This document shows positions 39,388 to 49,851 of a stretch of 64,000 nt of DNA, in pieces. Where the stretch lies: the NCBI GenBank assembly GCA_900555665.1, contig USLX01000001.1, forward strand, positions 2,689-66,688. Direction: 5' to 3'. The position numbers and the translations under genes were made by a program. The notes below the pieces were generated by a model, which had not been told where the DNA came from, did no database searches, and saw nothing but the letters and a program-made list of their open reading frames with translations. How positions within the stretch are numbered: position 1 is the first letter of the stretch; every line of letters starts with the position of its first letter. This DNA is from an uncultured Eubacteriales bacterium. Lineage in GTDB: Bacteria; Bacillota; Clostridia; Oscillospirales; Oscillospiraceae.

Positions 39388-39837
39388 TCACTTCAAGTCG
39401 TTTGTGTCCACAATCAGCGTCACCGGTCCGTGATTTTCCGATGTCACCAGCATGTCCGCGCCAAACTCACCGTGCTCCGGCGGGAAGCCCAGCCGCGCGC
39501 ATTCTGACAGAAACTGTTCATAGAGCGGGATGGCAACTTCCGGCCGCGCCGCGCCGATGAAGCTCGGCCGCCGCCCATGGCTCACGTCGCCGTAGAGCGT
39601 AAACTGGCTCACTACGAGGACGCTGCCGCCCACGTCGGCCAGACTCAAATTCATCTTGTCGTTTTCATCCCGGAATACGCGCAGGCCAAGGATCTTCTCG
39701 GCCAGCTTGCGGCATTTTTCCGGGGTATCGTCGGGTGCAATGCCGAGCAGGATCAAAAATCCCTGCCCAATCTGCCCGTGAATTTCGCTCTCAATGGCGA
39801 CCGACGCGGATTTGACCCGCGTGACAACTGCTTTCAT
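39388..39837 (-). CDS. dtd: D-aminoacyl-tRNA deacylase
   Basis: SQFTL, GRRPSF, GEFGADM and NHGPVT. Confidence 0.97.
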   Translation of the reverse strand: MKAVVTRVKSASVAIESEIHGQIGQGFLILLGIAPDDTPEKCRKLAEKILGLRVFRDENDKMNLSLADVGGSVLVVSQFTLYGDVSHGRRPSFIGAARPEVAIPLYEQFLSECARLGFPPEHGEFGADMLVTSENHGPVTLIVDTNDLK

Positions 39838-39902
39838 ACAAATGGTTTCTCCAAATATTAAATCTATTTTTCAGGCTGCCTCGCCCGGTCTTTCACCGGT
39901 CA

Positions 39903-42074
39903 TCAGCCATTCCCTCTGTGGACATCCTTCACGCCGGAGATCCCGCGCAGACGGCCCCGAACCGCTTCCAGCTCCTTGAGGTCGTGCACCGGGAAATTCA
40001 GCGACACATAGGCCGTCCCGTCTCCGGCCGGCTTGGCGGTCATCGCTGTGATGCGCAGCCGCGCCGCGGTCATCACGGTTGCAATGTCGAGCATCAGCCC
40101 CGCCCGGTCCTCGGCCACCAGTGCCAGCTCCGTGGCAAACGTCGCGTCCGGCGTCTCGGCCCAGCGCACCGGAACCCACCGGCCCCGCTGCTCAGGGTCG
40201 AGCGCGTTTTTTGCATTCGGACAGTCCCGCCGGTGAACCGACACGCCATAGCCCTTCGTGATAAAGCCGATGATATCGTCGCCGGGAACGGGCGTGCAGC
40301 AGCGGCTGTACTTGATGGGACAGGAGCCGATATCCTCCACAATGACGCCGGACCGGCTCGTCGTGGGCTGCTGCTGTTGCTTGCCGAGCGAGAGCAGCTC
40401 CTTCGGCGTCATATTGCGGCTGGCCTTGGTCAGCTCGTCGCGCACGCGGCCCACGGCCTTCATCGCCGTCAGTCCGCCGTAGCCGATGGCGGCATACATA
40501 TCGTCGAGGCTCTCAAAGCTGATCCGCTTGAGCACCATCGGCCGCACGTCGTCCTGCTGCATGATGGCCGGATCAATGCCGATGTGCCGCAGCTCCGACT
40601 CGAAGCTCAGCTTGCCGCGCGCGATGTTCTCCTCACGCTTTTCTTTCTTAAACCACTGCTTGATCTTGATCCGCGCCTGGTTCGACCGGCAGATGTTCAG
40701 CCAGTCGCGGCTCGGCCCCTTCGCGCTCTTCGAGGTCAAAACCTCGACAATGTCGCCGTTGTGCAGCTGCGCGTCGTAGCTCGCAATGCGGTTATTCACC
40801 TTCGCGCCGATCATCGAGTTGCCGACGGCGGAGTGGATGGCGTAGGCAAAGTCAATCGGCGTCGAGCCCGCGGGCAGGTTGATGACCTTGCCCTTCGGCG
40901 TGAACACGAAGACCTCGTCGTCGAACATGTCGACTTTCAGCGAGTGGATATAGTCGTCCGCCTCGGTGTCTTGCTGATTCTCGAGCAGCCGCCGCACCCA
41001 CTCGAACTCCTTTTCCGAGCCCTCGCCCGCGTGCTGCTTGTATTTCCAGTGCGCCGCGACGCCGTATTCCGCCGTCTGGTGCATCTCCCACGTCCGGATC
41101 TGAACCTCGAACGGAATGCCCTGCTTGCCGATGACCGTCGTGTGCAGCGACTGATACATGTTCGGCTTCGGCGTCGAGATATAGTCCTTAAACCGCCCCG
41201 GAATCGGGCTGAACAGGTCGTGGATGTGGCCGAGGACGTTATAGCAGTCCGCAATGTCATCCACGATCACGCGGAAGGCATAGAGGTCATAGAGCTCGTC
41301 GATGGTCTTGTTCTGCGCACGCATCTTGCGGTAGATGGAATAGGTGTGCTTGATGCGTCCATAGATCGACCCGTGGATGCCGACCGACGCCAGCCGCTCC
41401 GTGATCTTCGACTGGATCGCGTTCATGAAATTGTTGGAGCTCTCTTCGTTCTCCTTCAAATAGTCGATGATTTGCTGATATCCCTCGGGATCGAGGTACT
41501 GCAGCGATGTGTCCTCCAGCTCCCACTTGATCTTCTGCATGCCGAGCCGATGCGCCAGCGGCGCGTAGATCTCCATTGTCTCCATGGACTTGGACACCTG
41601 CTTGGCCGGTGTCTGGTATTCGAGCGTGCGCATATTGTGCAGCCGGTCGGAGATCTTGATGAGGATGACGCGGATGTCCTTGCTCATTGCCATGAACATC
41701 TTGCGCAGATTCTCCATTTGCTGCTCTTCCATCGTCGAATACTGCACGCGCGTCAGCTTCGTGACGCCCTCCACCAACTCGGCGACCGTCCGCCCAAAGA
41801 GCTTCGTGATCTCATCAAAGCTCGCGTCCGTGTCCTCCAGGCAGTCGTGCAGCAGCGCCGCTGCAATCGCGTCGGTGTCGAGGCCGATCTCCGCCACGAT
41901 CTCCGCCACGGCCAGCGGATGGATGATATAGGGCTCGCCGGACTTGCGCAGCTGCGTTTTGTGCTTCTCGTCGGCGTATTCAAAGGCCCGCTGAATGACG
42001 TCCAGATCGGCCGAAGGGGAATAGCGCTTCACGGCCTGCATCATGGACGCATAATGTTCTTCTCTGGTTTCCAT
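39903..42074 (-). CDS. relA: Bifunctional (p)ppGpp synthetase/hydrolase Rel
   Basis: RKSGEPYIIHP, HD motif, DRLHNMRTL, YQSLHT, TGS and ACT domains. Confidence 0.97.
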   Translation of the reverse strand: METREEHYASMMQAVKRYSPSADLDVIQRAFEYADEKHKTQLRKSGEPYIIHPLAVAEIVAEIGLDTDAIAAALLHDCLEDTDASFDEITKLFGRTVAELVEGVTKLTRVQYSTMEEQQMENLRKMFMAMSKDIRVILIKISDRLHNMRTLEYQTPAKQVSKSMETMEIYAPLAHRLGMQKIKWELEDTSLQYLDPEGYQQIIDYLKENEESSNNFMNAIQSKITERLASVGIHGSIYGRIKHTYSIYRKMRAQNKTIDELYDLYAFRVIVDDIADCYNVLGHIHDLFSPIPGRFKDYISTPKPNMYQSLHTTVIGKQGIPFEVQIRTWEMHQTAEYGVAAHWKYKQHAGEGSEKEFEWVRRLLENQQDTEADDYIHSLKVDMFDDEVFVFTPKGKVINLPAGSTPIDFAYAIHSAVGNSMIGAKVNNRIASYDAQLHNGDIVEVLTSKSAKGPSRDWLNICRSNQARIKIKQWFKKEKREENIARGKLSFESELRHIGIDPAIMQQDDVRPMVLKRISFESLDDMYAAIGYGGLTAMKAVGRVRDELTKASRNMTPKELLSLGKQQQQPTTSRSGVIVEDIGSCPIKYSRCCTPVPGDDIIGFITKGYGVSVHRRDCPNAKNALDPEQRGRWVPVRWAETPDATFATELALVAEDRAGLMLDIATVMTAARLRITAMTAKPAGDGTAYVSLNFPVHDLKELEAVRGRLRGISGVKDVHRGNG

Positions 42075-44138
42075 TTAGTCTCCTGCCTTCTGCTTTTTCA
42101 GATGAATGAGGATGGCGCTCTGCGTGAGATCCACCTTTTTTCCTTCGCTTGTCAGCCGGATGCGGAGGGATTTTGGCCGCTGCTCGAGCGCAAGCAGACC
42201 CTGCTCGGCGAATACCTCCAGACAGACCCATGTCTTGCCCGGGCAGCACGGTATCGCGGCAAAGCGCGCGATTTTCCGGCTGAGGCATCCGACGTCCTCC
42301 TGCAGACAGCCGCCCTCGGCGTTCGAGGTCAGATACCGCCAGACCGCTACAAAGTCCTGCCGATCCGGCAGCAGCGCCCCGGCTTCCTCCGCCGTCAGCG
42401 CCTCGCCGGCCAGATGCCGTCCGTAGAGCACCCGTGCCGCGTCCTGCACGCTTCTGGCCGCCTCGTCCGGCCGGATATCGACCAGATTCAGCTGCACCGT
42501 GCGCAGCCCGCGGTATTCGTTGATCTGCGGCGTAAATGCAATGTCCACCACGTCCCCCAGGCTGATGGCCGCGAGGCGTGCCGTCGTGGAGAAGAAGATT
42601 GCGCCCCAGCTGCAGCGCCCGCTCGTCAGCCGCAGCCGCAGATGTTTCCCGCCGCCGACCTCCGTCAGATCCGCGATGCTCAGGCCCCGCAGCAGCAGCA
42701 GCGGCCGCGGACACCCGGCCCCGCAGGGCTCCAGTTCGTCGAGCGCCTCTACATTCGCCAGCGTCAGCAGCTGCGGCGGCACCTCGCAGTCAATCTTCAG
42801 ATCCGCCTGGCATTCCTCCGACTGCCGGAACGTATGCGCCAGCTTCCCGATCTCCTCGCGGAAGCGGTCGATGTTTTCCCGCCGGATGGTAAAGCCCGCC
42901 GCCAGTTCATGCCCGCCGTAGCTCTCGAGCAGCGGCGAGAGCGTCTTGAGCGAGGCGAAGAGGTTGAAGCCCCCGTGCGAGCGCGACGAGGCCTTCCCCT
43001 TATCGCCGTCCAGACAGATGAGAAACGCCGGGCAGCTATATTCCTCCGCCAACCGCGACGCCACAATTCCAACCACGCCCTGGTGCCAGTTTTCGCTTGC
43101 CAGCACGATGGCCTCCGGCCGCCCGCCTGCGGGCAGCATGGCCACGGCCTCGCGGTAGATGTCCGCCTCGATCTCCTGCCGCTTCCGGTTCAGGCGGCAG
43201 AGCTCCGACGCCAGCTCTACGGCGCGCGAGGCGTCCTTGGTCAAAAAAAGATCCGTCGCAATGCCGACCTGCCCCATGCGCCCGGCCGCATTGATGCGCG
43301 GCGCCAGCGTATAGCCGATGGTTCCGGCGGTGATCTTGCCGCGCCCGATGGCGCACTCGGCCATCAGCGCTGCCACGCCCACGCGCTTCGGATTTTCCAA
43401 TGCCCGCAGCCCCGCGGCCACCATCGTCCGGTTTTCTCCCGTCAGCGGCATCACGTCGGCCACGGTTCCGAGGCACAGAAAGTCGCAGTATTCCTGCAGC
43501 AGCGCCCCGGCGTCCCCGCCGATGGCGCAGGCCAGCTTGAAAGCCACGCCCACGCCCGCCAGTTCCGCCGCCGGCTGGGGCTGGTCGGGCCGGTGCGGGT
43601 CGACCACCGCGATGGCCTCCGGCAGCTCGGCTTTGCATTCATGATGGTCGGTGATCACCAGCTCCATCCCGAGCGCGCGGCAGAGCGCCGCCTCGTCGTT
43701 TGCCGTGATCCCGCAGTCCACCGTCACAATCAGCTGCACGCCCTGCGCCTTCAGGCTACGCAGGGCCAGCTCGTTCAGACCGTAGCCCTCCTCCAGCCGC
43801 GCCGGAATGTAGCTTGTGACGCGCGCGCCCTGCTTTTGCAGAAAATCCGTCAGCAGACACGTCGCCGTGATCCCGTCGACGTCATAATCGCCGAACACGC
43901 AGACTGCCTCGCGCCGTTCAATCGCCCGGCGTACCCGCCGGGCGGCCTTTTCCATATCCAGCAGGGCAAATGGGTCGGAGAGCGGCTCATTTGCCGCCAG
44001 AAAATTGCGTGCCGCCTGCAAATCCGTATAGCCGCGGCTGCACATCACCGCCGCCGTCAGCGGCGAAAATCCGGCCTCTGCCATCGCCCGTGCTTCCGCC
44101 GGGCGATAGGACGAGACCGTCCAGGTTCCGTACTTCAA
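42075..44138 (-). CDS. recJ: Single-stranded DNA exonuclease RecJ
   Basis: GDYDVDG, TVDCG, TDHH, PRINAAGR and GGHELAAG. TTG start at 44138, because the annotated start lies inside a TGnTATAAT promoter. Confidence 0.95.
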   Translation of the reverse strand: MKYGTWTVSSYRPAEARAMAEAGFSPLTAAVMCSRGYTDLQAARNFLAANEPLSDPFALLDMEKAARRVRRAIERREAVCVFGDYDVDGITATCLLTDFLQKQGARVTSYIPARLEEGYGLNELALRSLKAQGVQLIVTVDCGITANDEAALCRALGMELVITDHHECKAELPEAIAVVDPHRPDQPQPAAELAGVGVAFKLACAIGGDAGALLQEYCDFLCLGTVADVMPLTGENRTMVAAGLRALENPKRVGVAALMAECAIGRGKITAGTIGYTLAPRINAAGRMGQVGIATDLFLTKDASRAVELASELCRLNRKRQEIEADIYREAVAMLPAGGRPEAIVLASENWHQGVVGIVASRLAEEYSCPAFLICLDGDKGKASSRSHGGFNLFASLKTLSPLLESYGGHELAAGFTIRRENIDRFREEIGKLAHTFRQSEECQADLKIDCEVPPQLLTLANVEALDELEPCGAGCPRPLLLLRGLSIADLTEVGGGKHLRLRLTSGRCSWGAIFFSTTARLAAISLGDVVDIAFTPQINEYRGLRTVQLNLVDIRPDEAARSVQDAARVLYGRHLAGEALTAEEAGALLPDRQDFVAVWRYLTSNAEGGCLQEDVGCLSRKIARFAAIPCCPGKTWVCLEVFAEQGLLALEQRPKSLRIRLTSEGKKVDLTQSAILIHLKKQKAGD

Positions 44139-44467
44139 TTTCGATACACATCCATCATATTCTATTTCTTTTTCCGCTATTATAGCATCCTGCACCCGAT
44201 TTCACAATAAAAAATATATGAACAATCTGCCCCATCCCTCAAAAATCCAAAACATTCGCCCCGCCCGTCCGCCAAAGCCCGCCTCCCGGCGGAAAGAGCG
44301 GCTAGGCGGAACACAGGCGGCCGCACGCAAAATTTTCCGCGCCGCCCGATTTCAAAATCAAATCCCGATCCCAAACCGCCCGCGTCTTCTCCAAAACGCA
44401 AAAAGCTCCCCCGCCGCCCAGAGCAGGCGGCAGGGGAGAGAATCGAAAAGGTCAAAAGTCCCGGCGC

Positions 44468-45748
44468 TCAATCGCCGCAATACTCCGTATAGAGCGCCGC
44501 ATGGTCCTCCACGCAAAAATCCCCGGTCCAGGCATGTGCCGTCACGCAGACGACGTCCCGGCCGTTTGCGGCCTTGCCGAAGCTCGCGCAGCAGTTCATC
44601 GCCTGTGAGGTAAAGCCGGTTTTTGCGCCTTCCACCGCCGCCTCGCCCAGTTCATACTGCCCGATGCGGTAGAGGAATTTGTTGATCATCGCCACGCCCT
44701 CCGGATTCTGCTCCGTCGCGGCGGACGTATAGCTTACGGCGCAGAGCGCCGCGCGGCAGCGCTCGTTGGCCATCGCAGCCTCCAAAATGACGGCCATCTC
44801 CCGCGCCGTGGTGTAGTGCTCCTCATCGTGCAATCCGCTGTCGTTGACAAAGTGGGTATTGCGCAGCCCCAGCTCCGCCGCCTTCTCATTCATCAGCGCA
44901 ACAAAGCCCTCCGTGCTGCCCGCAATCGTCAGCGCCAGCGCCTCGGTTGCCTCCGCGCCGGAGGGGAGCAGCGCCCCGTAAACCAGGTCGGTCATCGAGA
45001 CTTCTTCCCCGTTCACAAAGCCCGCCATCGTCGCATCCGACAAAAACAGCGGATCGATGATGGCCTGCGTCATGGTGAACGTCGCATCCCAGTCTGTGAT
45101 CTGCTCACAGGCGACAAGCGCGGTCATCACCTTCGTCATCGACGCCGGATAGATCTTCGCGTCCGGCTCCTTTTCGGCGATCACCGTGTTCGTCTCCAGA
45201 TCGATCAAAATGGCGTTTTCGCTGTAAAGCTCGAGATCGAGCGTCTGCGTCGCGTCCGTCTCTACGGCAAGGGCCGGCGCGGCGGGTGTTACCGTCGCTG
45301 CTTCCTCCGGCCCGGCAGGGGAATCGTCGGGGCCCTCCCCGGTGGGGTCTTCTGCGGGCTCCTCATCCGGTGCCTTTGCGGGCAGCTCCTCGGGTTCTTC
45401 TACGGGAGTTTCCTCGGGCACCGCCTCCGGTTCTGCCGGTTCCGCTCCCGCCGGATCGGCCGGGGCCTCCGGCGCAGGAGCCGGGGCCTGCGCGGTGTCC
45501 TCGCGGGGCAAAAGCTCGTCGACCACATAATGCTTCAGCAAAAACGCCGCCCCGCCGACCAGCGCAATCATCGCCAGCACCAGCAGTGCCGCGAGAAATC
45601 CGTGCTTGTTCCGGCTGCGCTTGCGTTCGCGCACGCGGCTGCGGTTCATCGCCCGCGTTATGCCGAGCGCCTGCGGGCCTTCTGCCGGGCACTGCGCGCC
45701 GGGCTGTGCCTGTGTATCTTCCGTCCGGATGTTCTGGTTCTGTTCCAT
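44468..45748 (-). CDS. D-alanyl-D-alanine carboxypeptidase (peptidase S11)
   Basis: PASMTK (SxxK) and KTG motifs; TM anchor and Pro/Glu-rich stalk. Confidence 0.88.
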   Translation of the reverse strand: MEQNQNIRTEDTQAQPGAQCPAEGPQALGITRAMNRSRVRERKRSRNKHGFLAALLVLAMIALVGGAAFLLKHYVVDELLPREDTAQAPAPAPEAPADPAGAEPAEPEAVPEETPVEEPEELPAKAPDEEPAEDPTGEGPDDSPAGPEEAATVTPAAPALAVETDATQTLDLELYSENAILIDLETNTVIAEKEPDAKIYPASMTKVMTALVACEQITDWDATFTMTQAIIDPLFLSDATMAGFVNGEEVSMTDLVYGALLPSGAEATEALALTIAGSTEGFVALMNEKAAELGLRNTHFVNDSGLHDEEHYTTAREMAVILEAAMANERCRAALCAVSYTSAATEQNPEGVAMINKFLYRIGQYELGEAAVEGAKTGFTSQAMNCCASFGKAANGRDVVCVTAHAWTGDFCVEDHAALYTEYCGD

Positions 45749-46006
45749 ACCGGTCTCTCCTGATTGTATGCCAAGTTTCGCCGCAGCCGCGGCGGAGCTA
45801 TTATAGCATGCTTTTCCTCATTCGTAAATCTTATAAAAAATTTAATATTTCCTGACTTCTCTACAAAAAACGCGGGATTCTACTGCCAGTAGAATCCTGC
45901 ATTTGAGGCGTAGAGCGAAAAAACGAGACTCGTGCTGGATTTTGCCTCCCGTTTCTGCTATGATGAAAGACAAAGTAATCCATGATCACGTTCAGGAGGC
46001 AACCCC

Positions 46007-46882
46007 ATGACAAAAACTTTTCAGATCATTACCGACTCTTCCTGCGACCTGCCGCAGAGCCTCGCCGACGAGCTGGATCTGCGCGTCCTGCCGCTGCACG
46101 TCACCATCGACGGCCAGACCTACCGCAACTACCTCGACGGCCGTGAAATCGCCTTCAAGGCCTTCTTCGACAAGCTCCGCGCGGGCTCCCAGGGGACAAC
46201 CAGCGCCGTCAATCCCGACGAATTTACCGTCGAGATGGAGCAGGCCCTCGCCGAAGGCTACGATGTGCTCTATGTCGGCTTTTCCTCGGGCCTGAGCACG
46301 ACCTATCAGTCCGGCTGCATCGCCGCCGAAGAGCTCCGCGCCAAATATCCCGCGCGCAAGATCCTGACGATCGATTCCCTCGGCGCCTCCCTCGGTGAGG
46401 GCCTCTATGTCTATCTCGCCGCGAAGAAGCAGCAATCCGGCGCCTCGCTGGAGGAAACCTACGACTACCTCCTGCAGGTCCGCCCGCACCTGTGCCATTG
46501 GTTCACGGTCAACGACCTCATGCACCTCAAGCGCGGCGGCCGTGTCTCGGCCACGGCGGCGCTCTTCGGCACCATGCTCCAGATCAAGCCCGTCATGCAC
46601 ATGGATGACGCGGGCCACCTCATCCCCGTCAGCAAGGCGCGCGGGCGCAAGGCCTCGCTGCAGGCCCTCGTGCAGCAGATGGTCGAAACCGCGACGGACC
46701 CGGAGCAGCAGACCGTCTTCATCTGCCACGGCGACTGCATCGACGACGCAGAATATACCGCCGCCCTCATCCGGGAAAAGACCGGCGCGAAGACCATTAT
46801 CATCAACTACGTCGGCCCCGTCATCGGCGCGCATACCGGCCCCGGCGTCGTGTCCATCTTCTTCCTCGGCACGCACCGCTGA
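46007..46882 (+). CDS. DegV-family fatty acid-binding protein
   Basis: IITDSSCDL, TTSAVNP, SSGLSTTY, LKRGGR and GPVIGAHTGPG. Confidence 0.93.
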   Translation: MTKTFQIITDSSCDLPQSLADELDLRVLPLHVTIDGQTYRNYLDGREIAFKAFFDKLRAGSQGTTSAVNPDEFTVEMEQALAEGYDVLYVGFSSGLSTTYQSGCIAAEELRAKYPARKILTIDSLGASLGEGLYVYLAAKKQQSGASLEETYDYLLQVRPHLCHWFTVNDLMHLKRGGRVSATAALFGTMLQIKPVMHMDDAGHLIPVSKARGRKASLQALVQQMVETATDPEQQTVFICHGDCIDDAEYTAALIREKTGAKTIIINYVGPVIGAHTGPGVVSIFFLGTHR

Positions 46883-47025
46883 GCAGCCCTCCGGGAAGTG
46901 CGGAGCTGGAATCGCGCCCCTTCGGCAAGAGAAGCGCCGCCAATCCGGAAGACAAGCGGAACCCCCTGATTTTCCACGCAAAAACCCGCCCGAGCGCATC
47001 GCGCTCAGGCGGGTTTGCAGCATTT

Positions 47026-47754
47026 TCATCCCGGATAGACGGCCGCGCCGGTGCGCTTGTGCTCCGAGCGCTTGTGGAACCGCTCGATGATCGCGAGATC
47101 CGCCTCCTCGCCCTCGCCGGTCATAAGGAAGCGGTCGATCGCCGCATACGTCACGCCCATCTCGCTCTCGTCGGTCTGCCCCTCGAAGAGTCCGGCCGAC
47201 GGTGCCTTGTCGATGATGCTCTGCGGCGCGTTCAAAAAGCGCAAAAACTCATAGATTTCCGTCACCGTCAGATCGGCAATCGGGTTGAGATCGTATGCCC
47301 CGTCACCCCACTTGGTGAAATAGCCCATGTAGGCCTCCGACCGGTTGCCCGTCCCGGCGACCAGCCGGCCCTCCGCCGCCGCCACGGCATAAACCGTCGC
47401 CATGCGCAGCCGGGGATTGATGTTGGTGAGCGCCTGCTGGTTCAGCTCCGTCACCTGAGAGAGCGCCTTCACCAGCGTCTGCTTCGTCTCCGTGATGTCG
47501 ACGGTGCGGTTTTCAATGCCAAACTGCTTCGCCACTTCGCCGCCGTCATCCATGTCGATGCCAAAATTTCGCTTTGATTCACACGGCATCATGATCCCCA
47601 CCGTGTTCTCGCACGCCTTCTTGCAAAGGATGCCGACCAGGGCGGAATCCTTGCCGCCCGAGTTCCCGAACACGATGCCCTTCGCCCCGGCCTTTTTCAG
47701 CACGTCCCGAATAAACGCCACCCGGCGTTCCAGCTCCACAGCATAATCACGCAT
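47026..47754 (-). CDS. nadE: NH3-dependent NAD+ synthetase
   Basis: SGGKDS, RLRM, GTGNRSE..GYFTKWGDG and PSAGLFEGQTDE. Confidence 0.95.
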   Translation of the reverse strand: MRDYAVELERRVAFIRDVLKKAGAKGIVFGNSGGKDSALVGILCKKACENTVGIMMPCESKRNFGIDMDDGGEVAKQFGIENRTVDITETKQTLVKALSQVTELNQQALTNINPRLRMATVYAVAAAEGRLVAGTGNRSEAYMGYFTKWGDGAYDLNPIADLTVTEIYEFLRFLNAPQSIIDKAPSAGLFEGQTDESEMGVTYAAIDRFLMTGEGEEADLAIIERFHKRSEHKRTGAAVYPG

Positions 47755-47885
47755 AACGCTCTGCCTCCTTGGTTTTTCTCTATCTTACGCCACCGCCGCG
47801 GCGCTGTCAATTTCTTTTCCGACGAATTTGACAGTAATTTCCGCCTGTGTTATGATAAATCTGAAAAAAGGGAAGGAGACTGCCT

Positions 47886-48566
47886 ATGTTCCTGATTCTG
47901 CTCATCGCCGCCGGCGCAATTTTAGAGACGCTTTTCATCATGCAGTCCTATCGCCGTCGCAACGTGGCCGGCATCCTCCTGAAAACCACGGCCTCGCTAT
48001 TGTTCGTCCTGCTCGGATTGTACTGCATGCGCCTGCGCGGGCAGAGCACCTACGCGCTCTACGTCGTGATCGGCCTCGCGCTTGGCATGCTGGGCGATTT
48101 TCTGATTGCCCTGCGCTATCTCAATCCCAAAACGCACGACCTCTGCTTCATCTCCGGCACGCTTGCCTTTTTTGCCGGCCATGTGCTCTACATTCTCGCC
48201 GTGCTGACGGCCGCGCCCCGTGCCTGGACCTATGCCATCCCCCTCACGCTCGTCGCGCTCGGCGTCGCGGGCTTCTATTCCCACGCAATGCAGGTCCGCG
48301 CCGGGAAGATCATGCCCCTCGGCGTGGTCTATATCGGCTGCGTCATCTTCGTCGCCGCCACCTCCCTGACCGGCGCCCTGCTCACGAGCGACCGCGCGCT
48401 TTTCATGTTCTTCCTCGGCGGCCTCTGCTTCAGCCTCAGTGACAATATGCTCGTCGTGCTCTCCTTCGGCAAAAACGACAGTCCCTACCGAAACGCCGTC
48501 CTCCACGTCCTCTACTATATGGCCCAGATTTTCATCGCCCTCAGCATCCTTTTCTACGCACCATAG
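47886..48566 (+). CDS. YhhN-family lysoplasmalogenase-like membrane protein
   Basis: LLK, GMLGD, FFAGHVLY, FSLSD and YYMAQ motifs; promoter TTGACA-17-TATGAT at 47828-47856. Confidence 0.8.
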   Translation: MFLILLIAAGAILETLFIMQSYRRRNVAGILLKTTASLLFVLLGLYCMRLRGQSTYALYVVIGLALGMLGDFLIALRYLNPKTHDLCFISGTLAFFAGHVLYILAVLTAAPRAWTYAIPLTLVALGVAGFYSHAMQVRAGKIMPLGVVYIGCVIFVAATSLTGALLTSDRALFMFFLGGLCFSLSDNMLVVLSFGKNDSPYRNAVLHVLYYMAQIFIALSILFYAP

Positions 48567-48577
48567 CTGCAAATGTC

Positions 48578-48649
48578 CAAAGGCTCCCCTTGATTGCATC
48601 AAGGGGAGCTGTCATGGCGCAGCCATGACTGAGAGGATTAAGGCCCTCG
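48578..48649. repeat. REP-like two-hairpin unit R6 (insert-free form)
   Basis: AAAGGCTCCCCTT-GATTGCATC-AAGGGGAGCTGTCA-TGGCGCAGCCA-TGACTGAGAGGATTAAGGCCCTCG. Confidence 0.85.
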
Positions 48650-48950
48650 ATTTTCCGCTGCACTTCGCTTGCGCTTGCAGGGGAAGACAACTTTGTGTAG
48701 CTGTTCGCGATCAAGGGACGTTACAGATGCGGCATGCCCTTTGCGGGTACGGTCTGCCCATCCCCGCCGCAGCGGAAAACCCTTGTAATCTCAACGAATT
48801 CTACTCCCGGTAGAGCCACTCTCTACCGCAAAGTTCCCCGGCCTTTCCGGACAGGAGAGGCCGGATCTCACTTTTTCGGGAGACTTTTTCGCCGCCCTGC
48901 CGTACACTGGAGGCAAACAGAACCACTTCTTGCGCAAGGGGGAGCTTATC

Positions 48951-49613
48951 ATGAAAAAACTCATCGTTTTCGGCGATTCCATCCTGAAGGGCGTCACCTT
49001 CAACGGCACAGGCTATCATCTCTGCCCCGACCATGACCTGCCGCAGCTGTCCGCGCGCGGCATTGAAATCGAAAACCATACCAAAATGGGCGCCACCATT
49101 TCCGACGGCCTGCGTGCCATGGACAAGAGCCTCCACGCCTGTGACAGCCAGACAACCGTCCTGCTCGGCTACGGCGGCAACGACTGCGATTACGACTGGC
49201 AGGCCATCTCCGAGGCCCCCGAGGCCGAGCACCAGCCCCATACCACGCCGGACAATTTCGTCGAGGGCCTTCGCCGCGCCATCCGCAAGGCGCAGGACGC
49301 CGGGGCCATGGTCGCCGTGGCCTCGCTGGTCCCGCTGGATGCCGAGCGTTATCTGCGCTTCATCAGCAAAAACCGCGACGGAAAAAATATTCTCTCCTGG
49401 CTCGGCGACGCGGCGCACCTCTACCGCTGGCAGGAGTATTATAATGCCCTCACCGTCCAGCTGGCCCGCGCCTTCGGCTGCCGCGTGGTCGACCTGCGGA
49501 CAGCCTTCCTGCAGAGCCGCAATTTCCCCGACCTGCTCTGCCCCGACGGCATCCACCCGACCGACACCGGCTATCTCCTCGCCCATAAGACCCTCTCCGC
49601 CGCCATGTATTAA
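48951..49613 (+). CDS. SGNH/GDSL hydrolase
   Basis: FGDSI, G, GGND and DGIHP blocks; terminator at 49624-49663. Confidence 0.9.
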   Translation: MKKLIVFGDSILKGVTFNGTGYHLCPDHDLPQLSARGIEIENHTKMGATISDGLRAMDKSLHACDSQTTVLLGYGGNDCDYDWQAISEAPEAEHQPHTTPDNFVEGLRRAIRKAQDAGAMVAVASLVPLDAERYLRFISKNRDGKNILSWLGDAAHLYRWQEYYNALTVQLARAFGCRVVDLRTAFLQSRNFPDLLCPDGIHPTDTGYLLAHKTLSAAMY

Positions 49614-49676
49614 GCAAAAGGACAAAACCCGGAGCTCCATAAGGAGCTCCGGGTTTTCGTTTTTGAAAGGACTCAG

Positions 49677-49820
49677 AAAGCCTCCCCCGGAGGGGGAGGG
49701 GCCCCGGTGCACCCACTGGGGCGGAGAGGGCCGGGGCGCACTCAAATCTTCCCGAGCCCCCAAGGCCCCCTCTAAAAGAGGGGGCTGTCAGCCAACGGCT
49801 GACTGGGGGAGAATCCCCGC
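49677..49820. repeat. REP-like cluster R7
   Basis: AAGGCCCCCTCT-AAA-AGAGGGGGCTGTCA-GCCAACGGC-TGACTGGGGGAGAATCCCCGC. Confidence 0.8.
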
Positions 49821-49851
49821 TGTACCCGCCGCGCTGGAAGCCTGCGGGTGA

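Noticed and set aside
39918..44210. 1430-aa + strand ORF, and similar long ORFs at 1178-3820, 3570-5516, 10321-11538, 21185-22726 (-), 34215-35798 and 60081-61697
   Set aside because: Antisense shadows of well-supported genes, caused by high GC and codon bias; no motifs or RBS.
45875..48815. TTCTACT-N4-GTAGA palindromes resemble the Cas12a direct-repeat stem
   Set aside because: Only two isolated copies 2.9 kb apart, with no spacers and no cas genes; better explained as operators.
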